Positions 28,524 to 41,788 of a DNA stretch of 64,000 nucleotides are shown piece by piece. The position numbers and the translations under genes are program-made. The notes beneath the pieces are model-generated. The model had not been told where the DNA came from and did not search any database. It worked only from the letters and a program-made list of their open reading frames with translations. Origin of the DNA: Klebsormidium nitens (lineage: Eukaryota > Plantae > Klebsormidiophyceae); NCBI GenBank assembly GCA_000708835.1, contig DF237291.1, positions 1-64,000 of the forward strand, in the 5' to 3' direction. The stretch's first letter is position 1. Each line of letters opens with the position of its first letter.

Positions 28524-29054
28524 GACGCCCACGCGCACACGGTTTGTATGCTCAGAGGCGATCCCCCGAAAAGCTGTCTGCCTTCTAGGAACTACGAAGC
28601 GTACCCTCTGGCATGCTAGCGCCCTAGTACCGTAGTAGTACTAAGTACTACTAGTAGCGCGCTTGCACTTGTTGCAGAGACCAGTGTGCATGATGGGCCA
28701 GCCTCATCCTGACAGTTCGACATGGGCGATCTCTCGGTTTGCAGGCCAGAACCGTTATCGGACACGAGCCTGAACGTTGATACCGATACTCATGAGTTGT
28801 GAACTTTGGACGGCTGACTGATGACAACCGTCTTTAATTCCGTGTTGCCCGTTTAGACGTTTCTCGAGCCGCAGCTAATACAATGAAGAAGTACCGTATT
28901 ACCGTTTGCTTCCGACTCCGTCGCCGTCGGAAGTCGTCGAAGCTGGGAATTCCCCAATCTTTATTGAAAAGGTATGCCGTGTGCACACTTGTAGGAAATT
29001 ATCATATACCGGTATGTGCTTTGCAGTGTGCTTTGAAATTGGTAGCAGCTAGAG

Positions 29055-30112
29055 ATGGCGCACCTTGCCTCGTGCCCGCACCCTGCTGCAAACATTGGTG
29101 CCAGTTTGCCTGGCTCAATTGCAGAGGCATGGCAGCAGAAGCAGGGGGGCAGTCGCCAATTATGGCCTGTGCAGCAGCAGCCTGCACGTCTGCGGCGCCA
29201 GCAACCTGCTGGACGACCAGCAGGAAGATTGTTCCATAATGCTGCCTTTGCTTCTGAGCATATTCCCTCCGTTCAAGAGTACCCTCTGCTACAGAAAAAG
29301 CAACGTGGAATTCAGCAAAGCACAGAATGTGAACTGGACTTGGAGCAAGCGTTCAAAGAAACAGGCCGGGCTGTAGTGGGGGCAAGCTTGGCTGCTGCGG
29401 CCCATGAGAGCAGGGGCGTCGCGCGCAAAGTATTGCAGGGGTTGCCAGCAGCTGCTGTCTTTTGGGCATCAGAAGTTGCACTCGCAGCGGGAGAGATCGA
29501 ACAGCCGGTTGTCATCGCAAACGAGGACGAGCTCCCTAACAAAATAATAGCTGTTCTTTTCACTTTGGGCGTCCTTGCCTTGTCAATTCTAACTGCGGGG
29601 GTAAGTCAGGAGCTCCCCTTTTGCCCCTTCTTGGAGACTGTTTGTCTTTTGCCAGCAGTGTTGAAACATGGCTGTCCAATTTGCTTACAAGTTGGTCGTA
29701 CACTGACCCCAATGGACGCAATCAAGGACAGAAAGGTCATGCACATAGTCTTGCCAGGCACAGAAGCTGACAGCAGGTCCGGTGGCTTTGTGCTTTCAAG
29801 CCGTAGCCTTGACTTTTTTTGAAGCTTGAAGTCACTGAGCCCCGAAAGTTTTTGAGGGAAATGGAAAATGTTCATAAGGAATGTCTTCTCATTGACGCGG
29901 TTCCTTTGCTGCAGGTAATATACTTGTCGCTGACGGAGTTCAAGGAGAAAAGGGATATTGCAAAACAAGAGTTGCTAGAGAAGCGAGCACCTAGACGTCG
30001 AACTGAGAAGGGGGTGGAGCCTGCAAAATCGAAGAGCAAATCAAGCCTTGACGTCTATGAAAAGATCCAGAAGAGCGAAACGCCGGGGACAAAGGTTGGA
30101 CCAAAACAGTAG
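29055..30112 (+). CDS. Single-pass, probably plastid membrane protein of unknown function (~247 aa)
   Basis: Exons 29055-29600 and 29915-30112 join in frame to give one TM helix (IIAVLFTLGVLALSILTAG|VIYLSL) followed by a Lys/Arg/Glu-rich tail. Long transit-like N-terminus. Confidence 0.7.
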
Positions 30113-31005
30113 ATAGATAGAGCTCAATGGCATGACCAAATGTGGGACTCGGCCCATACAACAGAACACTAGTGGTTCAATGGGCCTGTAGCTTGATTCA
30201 AGTTGAAGACCGCAAGTGAATACCGCAAGATGTCCAACTCAGGAGCAAACAGCCGAGTGCCTTCACCATACAACTTCTAGCTATAGCGCCCTTAGCCGCC
30301 TCAGGCCACCATGAGCAGGCCATCTCCGGCAGAACCGCATATCATGTATATTTATGCACGCATGCAATTGACTACGATAAATTGCCCGTCTGTCATTGAT
30401 CCGTTTGGCTTGATGACATAAACTTCCATCTGCAAGGTAGATGTACAAGTCTATATACCGGGCGGCTTAAAATACATCATTGCATTTGATTAGTGGACAT
30501 GGTGTATCTAGGCTCATAGACCAACGAGACTCTATGCAAGTATTTGTGTTTTAGCCCGTTGCATTTGAAGTATAGACAGGCGGCCGTGCATGCGCAGAAT
30601 GAATCTACAAGACAACTTCTCTAAGCCGAGGACCTCTCCAAATCGCCACGGTCGTATTCAAATTGTTGGCTTCCAAGCAATCAAGGATCACGCGAAACCT
30701 CATGCATGCTGTGACAAAATCGGCGCAATTTTGCCTGCGTTGATAAAGATGTCCACCAAGTGGAAACTTTCAACTTGCACAGGAAGTGCAGAGCGAGCAT
30801 TTGCATTCAGCCGACTGACCGTTGGAGTCAGAAGTACCTGCTTCTTTACTGCAAAGCAAGCTCACCAGAGAAAGGATGCGTGTTTCCAGAGCACCCGTGA
30901 CCCGAACCCCGAGCATCGACACAATCACAAACATCGCGTATTGAGATGGTAACAATCCGAAAAGCGCCAAAAGGTAGGGCGGTTTACAAAGGACGGCCTT
31001 TACGT

Positions 31006-34000
31006 TCACTTCGTCTTTGCCTTCTTGCCCTGCTTACTCTTCCCGTCACCTGCGGGCCTGGGCTCTGCCTTCTTCTTTTGACTCTTCTCCCCTTTCGACT
31101 TTCCGCCCTGCTTTCTATGCTCCCCCCCGCGTTCTTGGCCCTTCTTCCCCGCCCTGCTTTCGACCGGGCCCTCTGCTTCCGTGACCGGTTCCTTTGACAC
31201 CCCCGCGTCTTCCTCCGCCCCCCCATCCTCCGCGGCTGTCTCCGGCACCGGCCCCTCTTCGCGCTCCTCTTCCTCCTCGTCCTCGTCTTGCCCTTCTTGG
31301 CCCGCGGCTGTGTGCGCAGCAGAGGCCTTGGTCTCGTCCTTGACTCTCTTCTTCTTGTTGCTCAGCTTCTTCAGCTGCAGTAGGAACCTCTAGGTTAGCC
31401 TCGAGGACCGGTGCAGCAGGACCGCATGCCAATCAACCTTCTCAGAACTCTCGTAATGGAGCTCGGTTAAGCTGGAGGCATATATGTCAAAAAGAAACAT
31501 CCATCGACACCATTGCAGCGAAAGTCCGACAGAATCATGTACGAACTGTCCGTAGAGCACACTTGGCGCAGCTACAAGCAAAACCGAGGGGCCGGATAGA
31601 ATACCTTGGCAACGAAGAAGCCGTCGAGGTTGTGCGCATGCGGGAAGAACCTGCGCGTGTTGGCGATGGACGGGTGGAAGCGGTGCTCCCGGAACTTGGT
31701 GTACCTGTTACAGCGGGAACAGGTGCGTGAGCAAGGAGAAAACGGCGGCCGTTTCATATGCAGAGTGGGCCTTATTGTGAGAAAGCCAGCCAGGCAAAGC
31801 ACCGCACGATGTCTCTTGCAGCCAATCCACATGCATGCAAAGATGGGTGTATCGAGGCTAACCCCGCAAACCCTTTCCTTCTATCCGAGCCTTGAGCATA
31901 TTTGAGCGCCTTAGCCCGGAAGGTACTTCTAGAGGCAGGATCGAGTCCTTCGCCTCCCTTAAGACCCTCTCTTAAATGCTCTGTACGACTCGAGATAGGT
32001 AAGCACGGTGCTGCGTTCCATTGAGGAGCGGGGCGGCTGCTCACCCAGGGCGGCCGAAGTCGAGGCCGCAGGGGACGACCTTGACGTCACGCTTGCGGAG
32101 CGCATAATCGATAACGGACTCGTCCTCGATGACCATGACGGAGCACGTGGAGTAGACCACATAGCCGCCGGTCTTGCTGTTGGCGTCCACCAGGTCGATC
32201 GCCGCTATCAACAGCTCCTGCGCGCCAGCAGCCGGAGCGGAACGTCAGGACAAGCCAAGAAGACGCCCAAACTTAGAAGTCGAGTGGAGGCCAGGGAGGA
32301 GCTCGGCGAGCCAGCAGCGGGAAGAGCCGACAAGGAGCGACATCTCTGAAGACACGATGGAATAGTCGGTCGCGAAAGATCCTAGGAAAGGAAGGGCGCC
32401 TTCGCTCGAGAAAGCGAGCGGGAACTTGAGCGAGCGGGAACTTGAGCGACGAAGACCTGTCCAGAAGACGAGCGGTCGATTGAAGAAGAATCCAGGTCGA
32501 AGCAGACGGGGGGCTTCATCCAACCGTTACACTTGGCGCGCCGAGGTGGGGCTCACCTTTTGGAGGTGCGCACACTTGTAGATGTCATTCTCGGACTTGC
32601 TGACCTTGACCGAGGGGTCCTTGCCGATGACCTGCACCGCACGCGCACACCGCATTTCACACCGCAGCATGATGGAATTGGCCACTGTCAGAAGGAGGAC
32701 ACGGCTCCGATGCTGCATCCTCGAACCATGATGCATTCTTACGCCTGATATGCCAGCACTCAAAACCGGTGGCCACTGCCCTGGACAGCTCACGCTAGCC
32801 TCGCCCTGATGAAATCCAGAGAAAGTGCCCATACGGAGCGCTATGAGCCTAGCCGTCCTGAACCGAGTCTCCACAGCCCTGCAGGCAACTTACCCCTGTG
32901 CCGCTGCATGGCGCGTCGAGGAGGACGCGGTCCTGGGAGTGCGCGCCCAGGATCTTGGGCAGCTCGCGGCCGTCGTAGCTGCACACCACCGCGTTGGTCA
33001 CGCCCATGCGGTGGATGTTGCCTGTCAGCGACTTGAGTCGAGGCGCCTTCAACTCGTTGGCGAACACCACGCCTGCCGTCAGCGCAGCGAGAGGGGAAAC
33101 CGTCAGGCTTGGTAGCGACAGAAGCAACCGAGCAGCGGGGTCAGCAAGAGGCCCTTTCCTTCTTTTGAACGCCAGAATACCCGCTCAAATCGCGGTTTAC
33201 TACTGGAGCCCATGATCCCACCTGCAAGACTTCTCTTTCCAAATGCAGTTTGCGGATTGTGAGTTGACTCGGGAAAGCGCAGGGACTAGCAGTAGGACAA
33301 CAAGTCTTCCAAATCTGGTCCCCCGACCTGTGCCATCGTCTGGTATTACCTGTGTTGCGCATGAGCGCTGCTATGTATGTGGTCTTCCCGCCTGGCGACG
33401 CTGCCATGTCCACGATGCGCTCTTTCTCCTGGGGCGCTAATGCCATGACGGGCAGGAACGACGCGGCGCTCTGCAGCATGTACTGGCCGGCCATGTACTC
33501 GGGGGTGGCGCCCACGGGGACCTGCGACTCGTACACCACCAGGCCCACCTTGGACCACGTGCTCAAGGGGTCCAGGTTCACGCCCCGGTTGATCAGGGTC
33601 GCCGCCAGGTCGCGACGGCGCGCCTGCCAGTCAGGAGGCAAACGAAGATGCTAAGACGGCTTACAAGCAGGAAAGACAACTCACAGAATCCTCCGACAGT
33701 TGGGAAGAAGCTTCGCAATGCGGATCCACAGAAGCCCCGGTGATATACCAAGCATGTGCGAGAAACATGACGTGACCCTCTCCTATAAGCTCGTCCAGTA
33801 GCCCCTCCTCGTCCCCATGGTGCAGTCGGGTGGATGCCCCCTGCCTCACCTTGAGAGTGTTGGTCCGAAGTGTGACAGGCCGTGGCTTTTCGTTGGCCTC
33901 CAGGAACTCGAGCGCCTCTGCGACGGGGAACATCTGCAAAAACGCATCCAGCAGGAAATCGTTGTAGCCGTAGTAGGCCGCCAGGTCCGCCGCCAGGCGC

Positions 34001-35743
34001 GCCACATACTCGGAGCGCGCCACACCAGGCTGCCGCAGCACCTTGAAGTTGGACAGTACGCGCACGACGTCGCGGATGCGCGCCTGCAGCTTGGGCAACG
34101 GAGGGGCACCCTGCTGCTCCTCTGCCAGCTCCTGGACAAGAGAGGACAGGGGGTGAGACGGAGCGCGCTGCGGGCAGGGGTTCTGGTTCTATGGCGGCAG
34201 AATACCAAATCACTGGCAGAGGCTGACGGATTTTGAGTCGATTGAGAATAGAAGCTTTCCTATGAACTGACAAGCGCCCTACTGGCAGATCTACTGACAC
34301 TAGATCAGGGGACCGCCAAGGTGGTCAATGAGAAGCGAGTTCCAAGTATGAACGAAACTTCGTACCAATGGTCCATTGTGCTTCCATTGTGCTGCAAAGG
34401 TGGGCTGGGAGGCAGGTATACAGATGCAGAGAACATAGAGGCCGAGGCAATCAGTACCGCAAACACGAGAGTTAATGCCAAGGATTGAGCGCCAATGCCA
34501 GGATCAGTGGGAGTGCCCACCTCTTCTGTGGGCAGCTCGAACATCTCGGTGGTGTCCTCTATGTTGGTCTGCAGTTCAGCTGCCGCCTCCTCCTCCTCTC
34601 TCGCCCGCTGCGCATCAAGCTTCCTTGACTTCTTCTCCACGTCCATCTCCCCTTCGCTGTCCTCGTCAAATTCGTCATCGTCCATCCCCTCGTCACTCCC
34701 CTCGTCACTCTCCGCATCGCCCCAGTCATCCCCCGCCTTTGCTTTTAACCACTTCGCATTCTCATCGCTGAACCCCTTCTTCTTCTTCCCCCCGCCCAAA
34801 GGCCCCGTCTCCTCCTCCTCGCTTTCATCATCAAACAGGGCTGCTGCTTTCGAAGGCCGTTCTGGAACCTCGACAACATCCACATCGTCTTCCATGGGCT
34901 GCTCGACAACCTTGCTAGCCGCCTTTTTAGTCTTATTTAGCTCTTTGGTTGCCACTGGCACTTCCGCAGCTACCCTTTGTTTCTTGCTGGCTTTTCTTTT
35001 CTCAGGCAAGCCATCGTTGGCTTCTTCCTCCTTGCTTTCCTTCTTCCCTTTCCGTGCCTTCGTCGCCACCCCTAATCTGCCACCACCACCTGCATCGCTT
35101 TTAGGGCTAGTGCCAGCCAGCTCCTGCGAAATGCTGGGGGCCTCAACGTCCATGGCACCCAGGCCATCGCTGCCCGCCAGCTCGGAGACTTCTACCGCTC
35201 TTGTATCCTCTCCAACATTTCTGCGCAACATATAATGTCTCAATCACGGTCAGTCATACAGTCACAATAGTACGCCCACGCATTGCAGGTTAACTCCAGA
35301 GAAAATCTCTGTCTATAAATCAAAGAGCAGGATACTGAGGTGTTTGACGTGCACCACCATTACCAGAGGGGACCACTGCACTCAGGATGGTCTGATTATA
35401 TGCGATCAGAATGCAGTATGTTGTGCTGCCTGCCACCAAGATTTCTATCGTCCAATTGCCAATTGTCCGCTTACCTTTTGATCTTCTTTGCAGCTTTGCT
35501 TCCTTTCGCTTTCTTCCCCTCCAAGACATCCTTACTGCTGGTCTTCAGGACCTTGGTAACTGGTGCTTCCTTCTGCACGGCGGACCTTTTGGCAGGCGGC
35601 TCTTCTAGTGGCTCGACAGGGATATCCTTGCGCTTCTTCTGCCCTGAAGCCACCTTCTTTACGGCCCCTGGGCCATTTTTGCCTACCTTCGCTTTTGCAG
35701 CTGCTTTCGCCCTTGTGAGGGCGGGAGAGATTGTGGTAGCCAT
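31006..35743 (-). CDS. NOP2: 25S rRNA cytosine-C5 methyltransferase NOP2/NSUN1 (~806 aa, 9 exons)
   Basis: Exons 35743-35475, 35220-34521, 34131-33850, 33623-33350, 33072-32894, 32631-32557, 32217-32045, 31704-31605, 31374-31006. Motifs [49 protein letters not shown]. Acidic N-terminal and Lys-rich C-terminal tails. Confidence 0.95.
32414..32449. repeat. 16-bp direct tandem repeat in NOP2 intron 6
   Basis: GCGAGCGGGAACTTGA x2 followed by GCGA. Confidence 0.7.
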
Positions 35744-36674
35744 TCGCCACCCGGCCTTTTGCCAAACACGAGATTATGTTAACCAGTACAAAACACAACC
35801 CAGCAGCTGGAGAGACTACTTCATCTGCATAGGACGACGCCGAAAGCTCGGCCTTGGACAAACAGCAGCGCACAAGCACAAGCGCAGGCAGGGGCAAGTA
35901 AAAGCTCAGCAAAGCACAGCACCTGGCACCGACTCGCAATTACCAAATGGTAATGGTCAAGTGGCAGGCCCTGGAGCACGCCGCTACCGTTATCGCCCCG
36001 ATCAACGTCGCCGACAGTTGTTCGTTGCAATTGGTCGGTTGAGTGCACACGAGAATTTCTCACTATTAATTAAAGATAAGCTATTACTTAGAACCACTTG
36101 ATGACTTTGTCATAAGTTTATACCGTCCCGTTTAGGAAGTGCATCATGCAGCTTTGCAAGATCATCCAAATAATACTTTCCCAAGTATACTATGTCAAGA
36201 TGGCCAGATGCTGTTTAACATTGGCAAATGCCTAGGAAAAAATTGTAATGCCAATGGAGAGAAGTACCTAGTTCGTGCTGCAGGTTTGAATGCGCCTGCT
36301 TGCATGAGCTACCGGGCAGGTTGCAGGGGAACAAGGCACATCCATAGCTGCTTTAGTGTCTGTAGCGCCAGCTATGACATCAGACCGGCATCATTCAGCT
36401 CCACGTTGAAGCGTATTCGGACAGGGGGCCCTCCAGCTCCACAACCTTGAAAGCAGGTGATTGCGGACGAGCCGCGTAAAGATAGAAACGACAGTCCAAT
36501 AGTGAAGGTCAGCTAGCAAAGAGTACCTGAATTTTCACCAGCTCAATTTTATTCAGAATGTGCTACTTGGTTTACACTGCTCGCGTCTGAACCGGGCACC
36601 AAGAAGCGGTCGGCAGTTCGGTATTCGAGATAACAGAGCTAGTCCTTCGAGTACGCAAATCGCAGTTCAACGAG

Positions 36675-39600
36675 ATGAGCGCTCCTGGGGACAAGGCGGA
36701 TGCAGCAGAAACCAGAACTACGAGACAGCATTGTCTTGAGATCCTGACAAGCGGCTACCCGCAGGCATTCAAAGGTAGGCAGGACAACAAAAATCTTTTC
36801 GAAGTCCTTTTACCAGTAAGACGATGCGACGTCAATGATGGGACCTATCTATTTTCGAACAGCTCGTTTGCCTTGATCCACCACATGATATGGTAATCAC
36901 AAGTACCTCTGATGGTTGAGACATACTGGTTTCCTTGTGCCATGGGTAGACTTGAGACTGATTGCTATCTTGCAGAGTTCTTTGAGCTGACGCACATCCC
37001 AACCACTGAGGCAAGCGAGGGCAGGGGAACATATGGAGAGGCGCAACTGCTGGTAAGCTGGCATGCAGTTGGCCTTTCCCCCTGGATTTCATGTTCAAGC
37101 AGAAGCTTGAAGCTGGCCGGTCGGAAAACTTCCACCACTCTTAGCGAACTTATTGTAAAGCACAATCTCCTTGTATCAAGATTGCCAACTTTCAATTCAT
37201 TATTTTGTTGTTCTGTGAACCTGCATCTGTTAGTCTGAGAACAGTCAATGCGCGTGCAGCCCAGCATCAGCCTGGTGCTCCTGCGGGGGTACTTGGTGGC
37301 AGCCGAAGCAGCAGCGCGCAAAGGTCAGCCAGCGAACCCGCATACTGCCGGTTAACGTATCTGTCCCTTCGCAATCAGCCCCTGCCGGTTCCGAACTTAA
37401 GTCAGGCAAGAGAGATTCCACTGCATGTAAAGTTTGTCATGGCACAAAAGCTTCTTCCAAAGCGACTACTACAGGCTCTTCTAGTAGGGCGAAAGCCAGG
37501 CCTTTAATCTTTCATTTGCAATGATGCAGGAGAAATGGGCTCTGTGTATCTAGCTTATCGTGAGCTGGCAGAACACTTCGAGGCGTCAGAACAGGAACCA
37601 CCAGCAATTGAGTACTACCGCAAGTGCCTAGAGATAGCCCGGGATGCGAATCACAGGGGCCTGCAAATGGAGGTAGGCAAACCAGCATTGAAAACCCCAA
37701 GTAGTGGCACTACTTCGCCTACAGCCGTATTCCTTGAGCTCAATCGAATACGATACTCATCCAGCTTATGTGAAGAGGGACTTGAGCAGTGCGTAACCTG
37801 TCCCCATGTTTTCAGAGGCCTCAGTGCATGCAGATGTTGTCAAAAGTCCCTCCGTTTGGACTCTGTTGATGGACCAGCTCTTGTTTAGGTGAGGGGTGGC
37901 TCAAACACCCTTATGAATCACCTCGGGAGGAATGAATCTGGGGTGATTGTATACGTCTCGTTTGAGAGGTTCTTGTCACACAGTCATTCTGAAGGCCTGT
38001 GACTTGGCTCAGTCCGACCTAGTATGATGATCGAAAACGATGCAGATGGTCCAATATCTTCTCATGGACAGGTGCACTTGCGACGTGGGGCGCAACTGTG
38101 GTTGTTCTTTGCCTGCCCACCCTGGGCAGATGAAGAGCCAAGACCTGCCTTACATCATGTTCGCAGGCGTACGAGCGGCTGGGCTGCGCACACGAGCGAC
38201 ACGTGGACCTGCTGCAATCGATTGCCTTTTTCGAGAAGCAAGCCGCGCTGGCGCAGAGCGGGCCCGACATACAGAGGGCCACCACGCACCTGCGCGAGGT
38301 ACACTGGCGGGGCAAAGGGCCGCACATACTGCTGGATCTTATGCCATTAATTTCTTTGACGGGGCCTCGAGTGTCTCCATGTGGTCAATGATGATGTCAA
38401 GGAGCCTTGAAACCAACCTCAGAACGCATAAATACATGGTTGTGATCATCTTGCCTCACTTGCGGTGCAGGTGTACTGGAAACGAGCGGAGCAACTAGAG
38501 CGGGAGAAGGACTACCCAGGGGCGATTGCCGACTACCAAGAAGTGAGCCGGGAATTCGTTATTTTTTATCTACTCGGGGGTGTGAGCTGGCTGCCAACTT
38601 TTTCACTGATTCGCCAATATTTCCTTTGAGATTGTCTTCGGCTGGCCCCCGCTAAGTTACTCCGAGGCGCCGGAAGAAAGTCCCACAAGATTCCATGAAA
38701 ATGTTGCTCATTCTAGGTGCGCCGCGCAGGTGGTGGCGGCTGCGCAGACGCTGGGCGACGTGCGGTGGGAGGGGCAGGCGTGCTACCGGCTGGGTCTGGT
38801 GTTCACGCGCACCGGCGACCCCACCACCGCGCTGCCGCACCTGCACAAGTACCGGGACATCTGCCAGCATGATGGCGACCGGGTGAGCCGCAGCGGAACT
38901 GCGTGAAGTGGTGCTTGAAGAGGTCTTTACAGGGGCGACTTGATTGGTATTTTTGCATGCGCTCTGGGATAGCAAGGCGGAGCGTCAGAACAGACGAGCC
39001 CGCTCCTCTATGCTCCGCGAAGAAACGTCCGGTTCGGTCCGGCCAGACGAGGTCTACCAGATGTGAAAAGCAACAATGCTGCTGTGCTTGTAAGGCGAAA
39101 CCTTGTACGATGCTCGCTGCTTCCCGGTCTGATGGGCGGCCGGCTTGGTTGCAGGTGGGCGAGGGCCAGGCGTGCTGCGCGCTCGCCGAGGCGTACCAGG
39201 CGGTGGGCGACACCGGGGAGGCGCTCGCGCACCTGGAGGCCTTCCTCGCGGTCGCCAACACCGCGGAGCCCGCGCTCCAGGTCAGCTCTCACGATGCTGC
39301 CAGTCACAACGTAGATCCGCCTGAGCGTTCTGTTGCGATCTGGAGAGCGTTTGCTTTTGAAACCTCTGGGAAGCATGCCTCCCTAATTCTCCAATCCTGC
39401 TGGTAAGGCCTGCTCCTTTTCTCCGGCGCCTCTTCAATGTTGTTCCGTGGTGTTGGCACCCGAAAAACAGTCCCAAGCGGTGGAGGTCGCTGCCGGGTTT
39501 TCTTGCTAGCGTGCTGAGCCACGTTGTTTGCAGGCGCGCGCGTGCTGCAGCCTGGGCGTCATCTACGGGCAGCAGGGCGACCTGGAGCGCGCCCTGGCCT

Positions 39601-39806
39601 ACTTCGAACAGTTCTTCGCTCTGGCCACCACCACGGCCGACCGCGCCATGATTGATGCGGCCCGCACGCACCTGGGGCGCGCGCGAGCGCGCATGAACAT
39701 GGGCACCTTTATGAGTACCGTCGAGAGCGCAGACGGTAACGCACAGAGCCTCTTGGGGTGGAAGCTCGACCGGCTGCCGCTGCAAATGGCGGCGCAGTCA
39801 GGCTGA
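36675..39806 (+). CDS. TTC29: Tetratricopeptide repeat protein, TTC29-like (motile cilium; ~379 aa, 9 exons)
   Basis: Exons 36675-36774, 36976-37052, 37260-37323, 37530-37672, 38167-38298, 38471-38542, 38730-38882, 39155-39280, 39534-39806. N-terminal CLEILTSGYPQAFKEFFELTH and LVAAEAAARKG, TPRs EGQACYRLG, EGQACCALAEAY and ARACCSLGVIY, C-terminal LLGWK. Family assignment is from recalled similarity. Confidence 0.78.
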
Positions 39807-41788
39807 TCAACCGGGGGGGAAGTCCTTCTTGGAGCCGCACTAGTGCTACTTTGTTCTGATTATCCACTTCACTGCAGCGTTGGCGTTCTGCAGGAAAACT
39901 CTGAGAATCGTCTTTTTCGGAGACGAACTCGTGATGCAGCTCGTGAAAGCATCTGCCATTCACTCGCAGTGAATGTTGTCGTCGCTCGACGACATCAGAC
40001 TCAGACACAAATTAAAGAGCTTAAAAAGCATGGCATGGTTGGGACGACCAAACACAGATTGGCAAACATGATGAATGCGTCATTGGTTGCTCTCAAGTAC
40101 GTGAGTCCTTCTGAGTAGAGGATTCGCACGAGGCTGTGGCTTGCGAAATGGTGTGCGTAAAACGAAGAAAGTGAGCTTAGGGCTCAAATGCCAAGATTTA
40201 GAAGTGCTCTTTGCGCTCGACGTCAATCATAAGACGTTGACATTGATACTGTGTTCTGGAGTCCAGCGTGCCGAAAGCTGATCCAGGCAACGTTGAGACC
40301 TTTTCGACTCATGTATCGCTTGCTTATGCTTCCTTAACATGAACGAAAGGAGTTCTACGTGTCAGCTTGAAAGCGTTTTTCCAAGTTTGCTCGAACATTG
40401 AACATGCGCCAAGTGCGGCAAGGGTTCATTGGATAAGCTGATTCTGATTCAATCACGTCGAAGCAATTATTGTTATAATGCTCACATGCAATCTTTTTAC
40501 CCTTCAAACGCTCGTACGTCCAGCTTTGTGACCCATGGGCCAGCTATCGAGCTCCAGGCTTCAGTCGGACCGTATGCCAGTACTGGCCATGGTGCATAGT
40601 TATCCTTATGTATGACGTGTTCGAGCTTCAAAGCCTGCCTCACTGGCTAACTTACTTTTTTGTTGGCAAGGCGTGATTTAGTGAGATAGTACTGTTAAAA
40701 GCTACCGTCTCAGTGTAGTTACACTAGGCCGGTTGCCAGCTGGCAACCCCAGCTGATGTCATGACGTGGTTATGACGTTGGAGCAACTACAGTTCGGGAG
40801 CCGTCAAGCAGGGGGACCAAACACCCCAGGTACTATAAGAAAGTTAGCAACATGAACCATGTGCCAGCAGCTGAACGGCTAATTGCCCGGAACTGAAAAT
40901 TGTTGGGATTGAACCTCCACAGGGTCACCTTTCAAAACCCAGAGTTTGGGGTCCGGGCAACGCGCCGTTTAGGAGGAATCGGGGGCAGGTTTAGATAGGT
41001 TAACCAGCCAAGAAACTATTAACCTACCTCTAACACTCGTCTCAACCCTTTCCTCAGACCAAAGGGACATCCAATTTATGCAATCTCGACCGTCCAGATT
41101 GGGGAAAAAATCATCTGACGGTGCGGATCATGGTTCGCCCAGTGTCAGTGGTGTTTGGTCCCCCTGCCTCCAAGCCTCCTCTTCGCGTGCGTAGGGATTA
41201 CTGATTTCCCGATCACATATTTTTGATAACCGACGAGTATCTTCGAAGAGCTCGTCGGACTTCCATCGACGGTTTCAGAAGCATTGGCAAAAACAAGTAC
41301 AGTCGATCGACGGCTCAGATTGAGCTTCAACACAAAGTCTGCCAACGCAAATTCTAATGGTCTGAACTGCACTACGGCATCCCTCTGATCAATTGCAACC
41401 TTGTACCTATAATTATATGTAAACTCCACAACTATGTACTGCGTTCCAATTTTGGCTTTGTGTGCAGAACTGCAACCGCATGCACCATGCGAAGAATAGC
41501 TGGAGAATGCCAAGAGCCTGCACGTCACTATCTAAAAAGCAGGCGGACCATGCTGTAGCCGAGAGGCTTTTCGGATGATTTCATGGCTATGTGCCTCGTC
41601 AACATATTAGCATTTCTCCAAATTGAGGAATCCTTGGGAGACTGGAATTGTCGGCATTGTGCAACATCCGAAAGCTAAGAGCAGTCAACCTGCAATGTCG
41701 CTTCTGTGAGGTTGAAGGTCTGCCTTCAGATACGAGCGAAGCATGTAATGCTGAGGACAGGCGTCAGGGAAGTAGAGGGTCAAGGAAG

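Noticed and set aside
34495-35235. 246-aa Ser/Phe-rich plus-strand ORF
   Set aside because: Antisense to the Glu/Lys-rich NOP2 exon 2.
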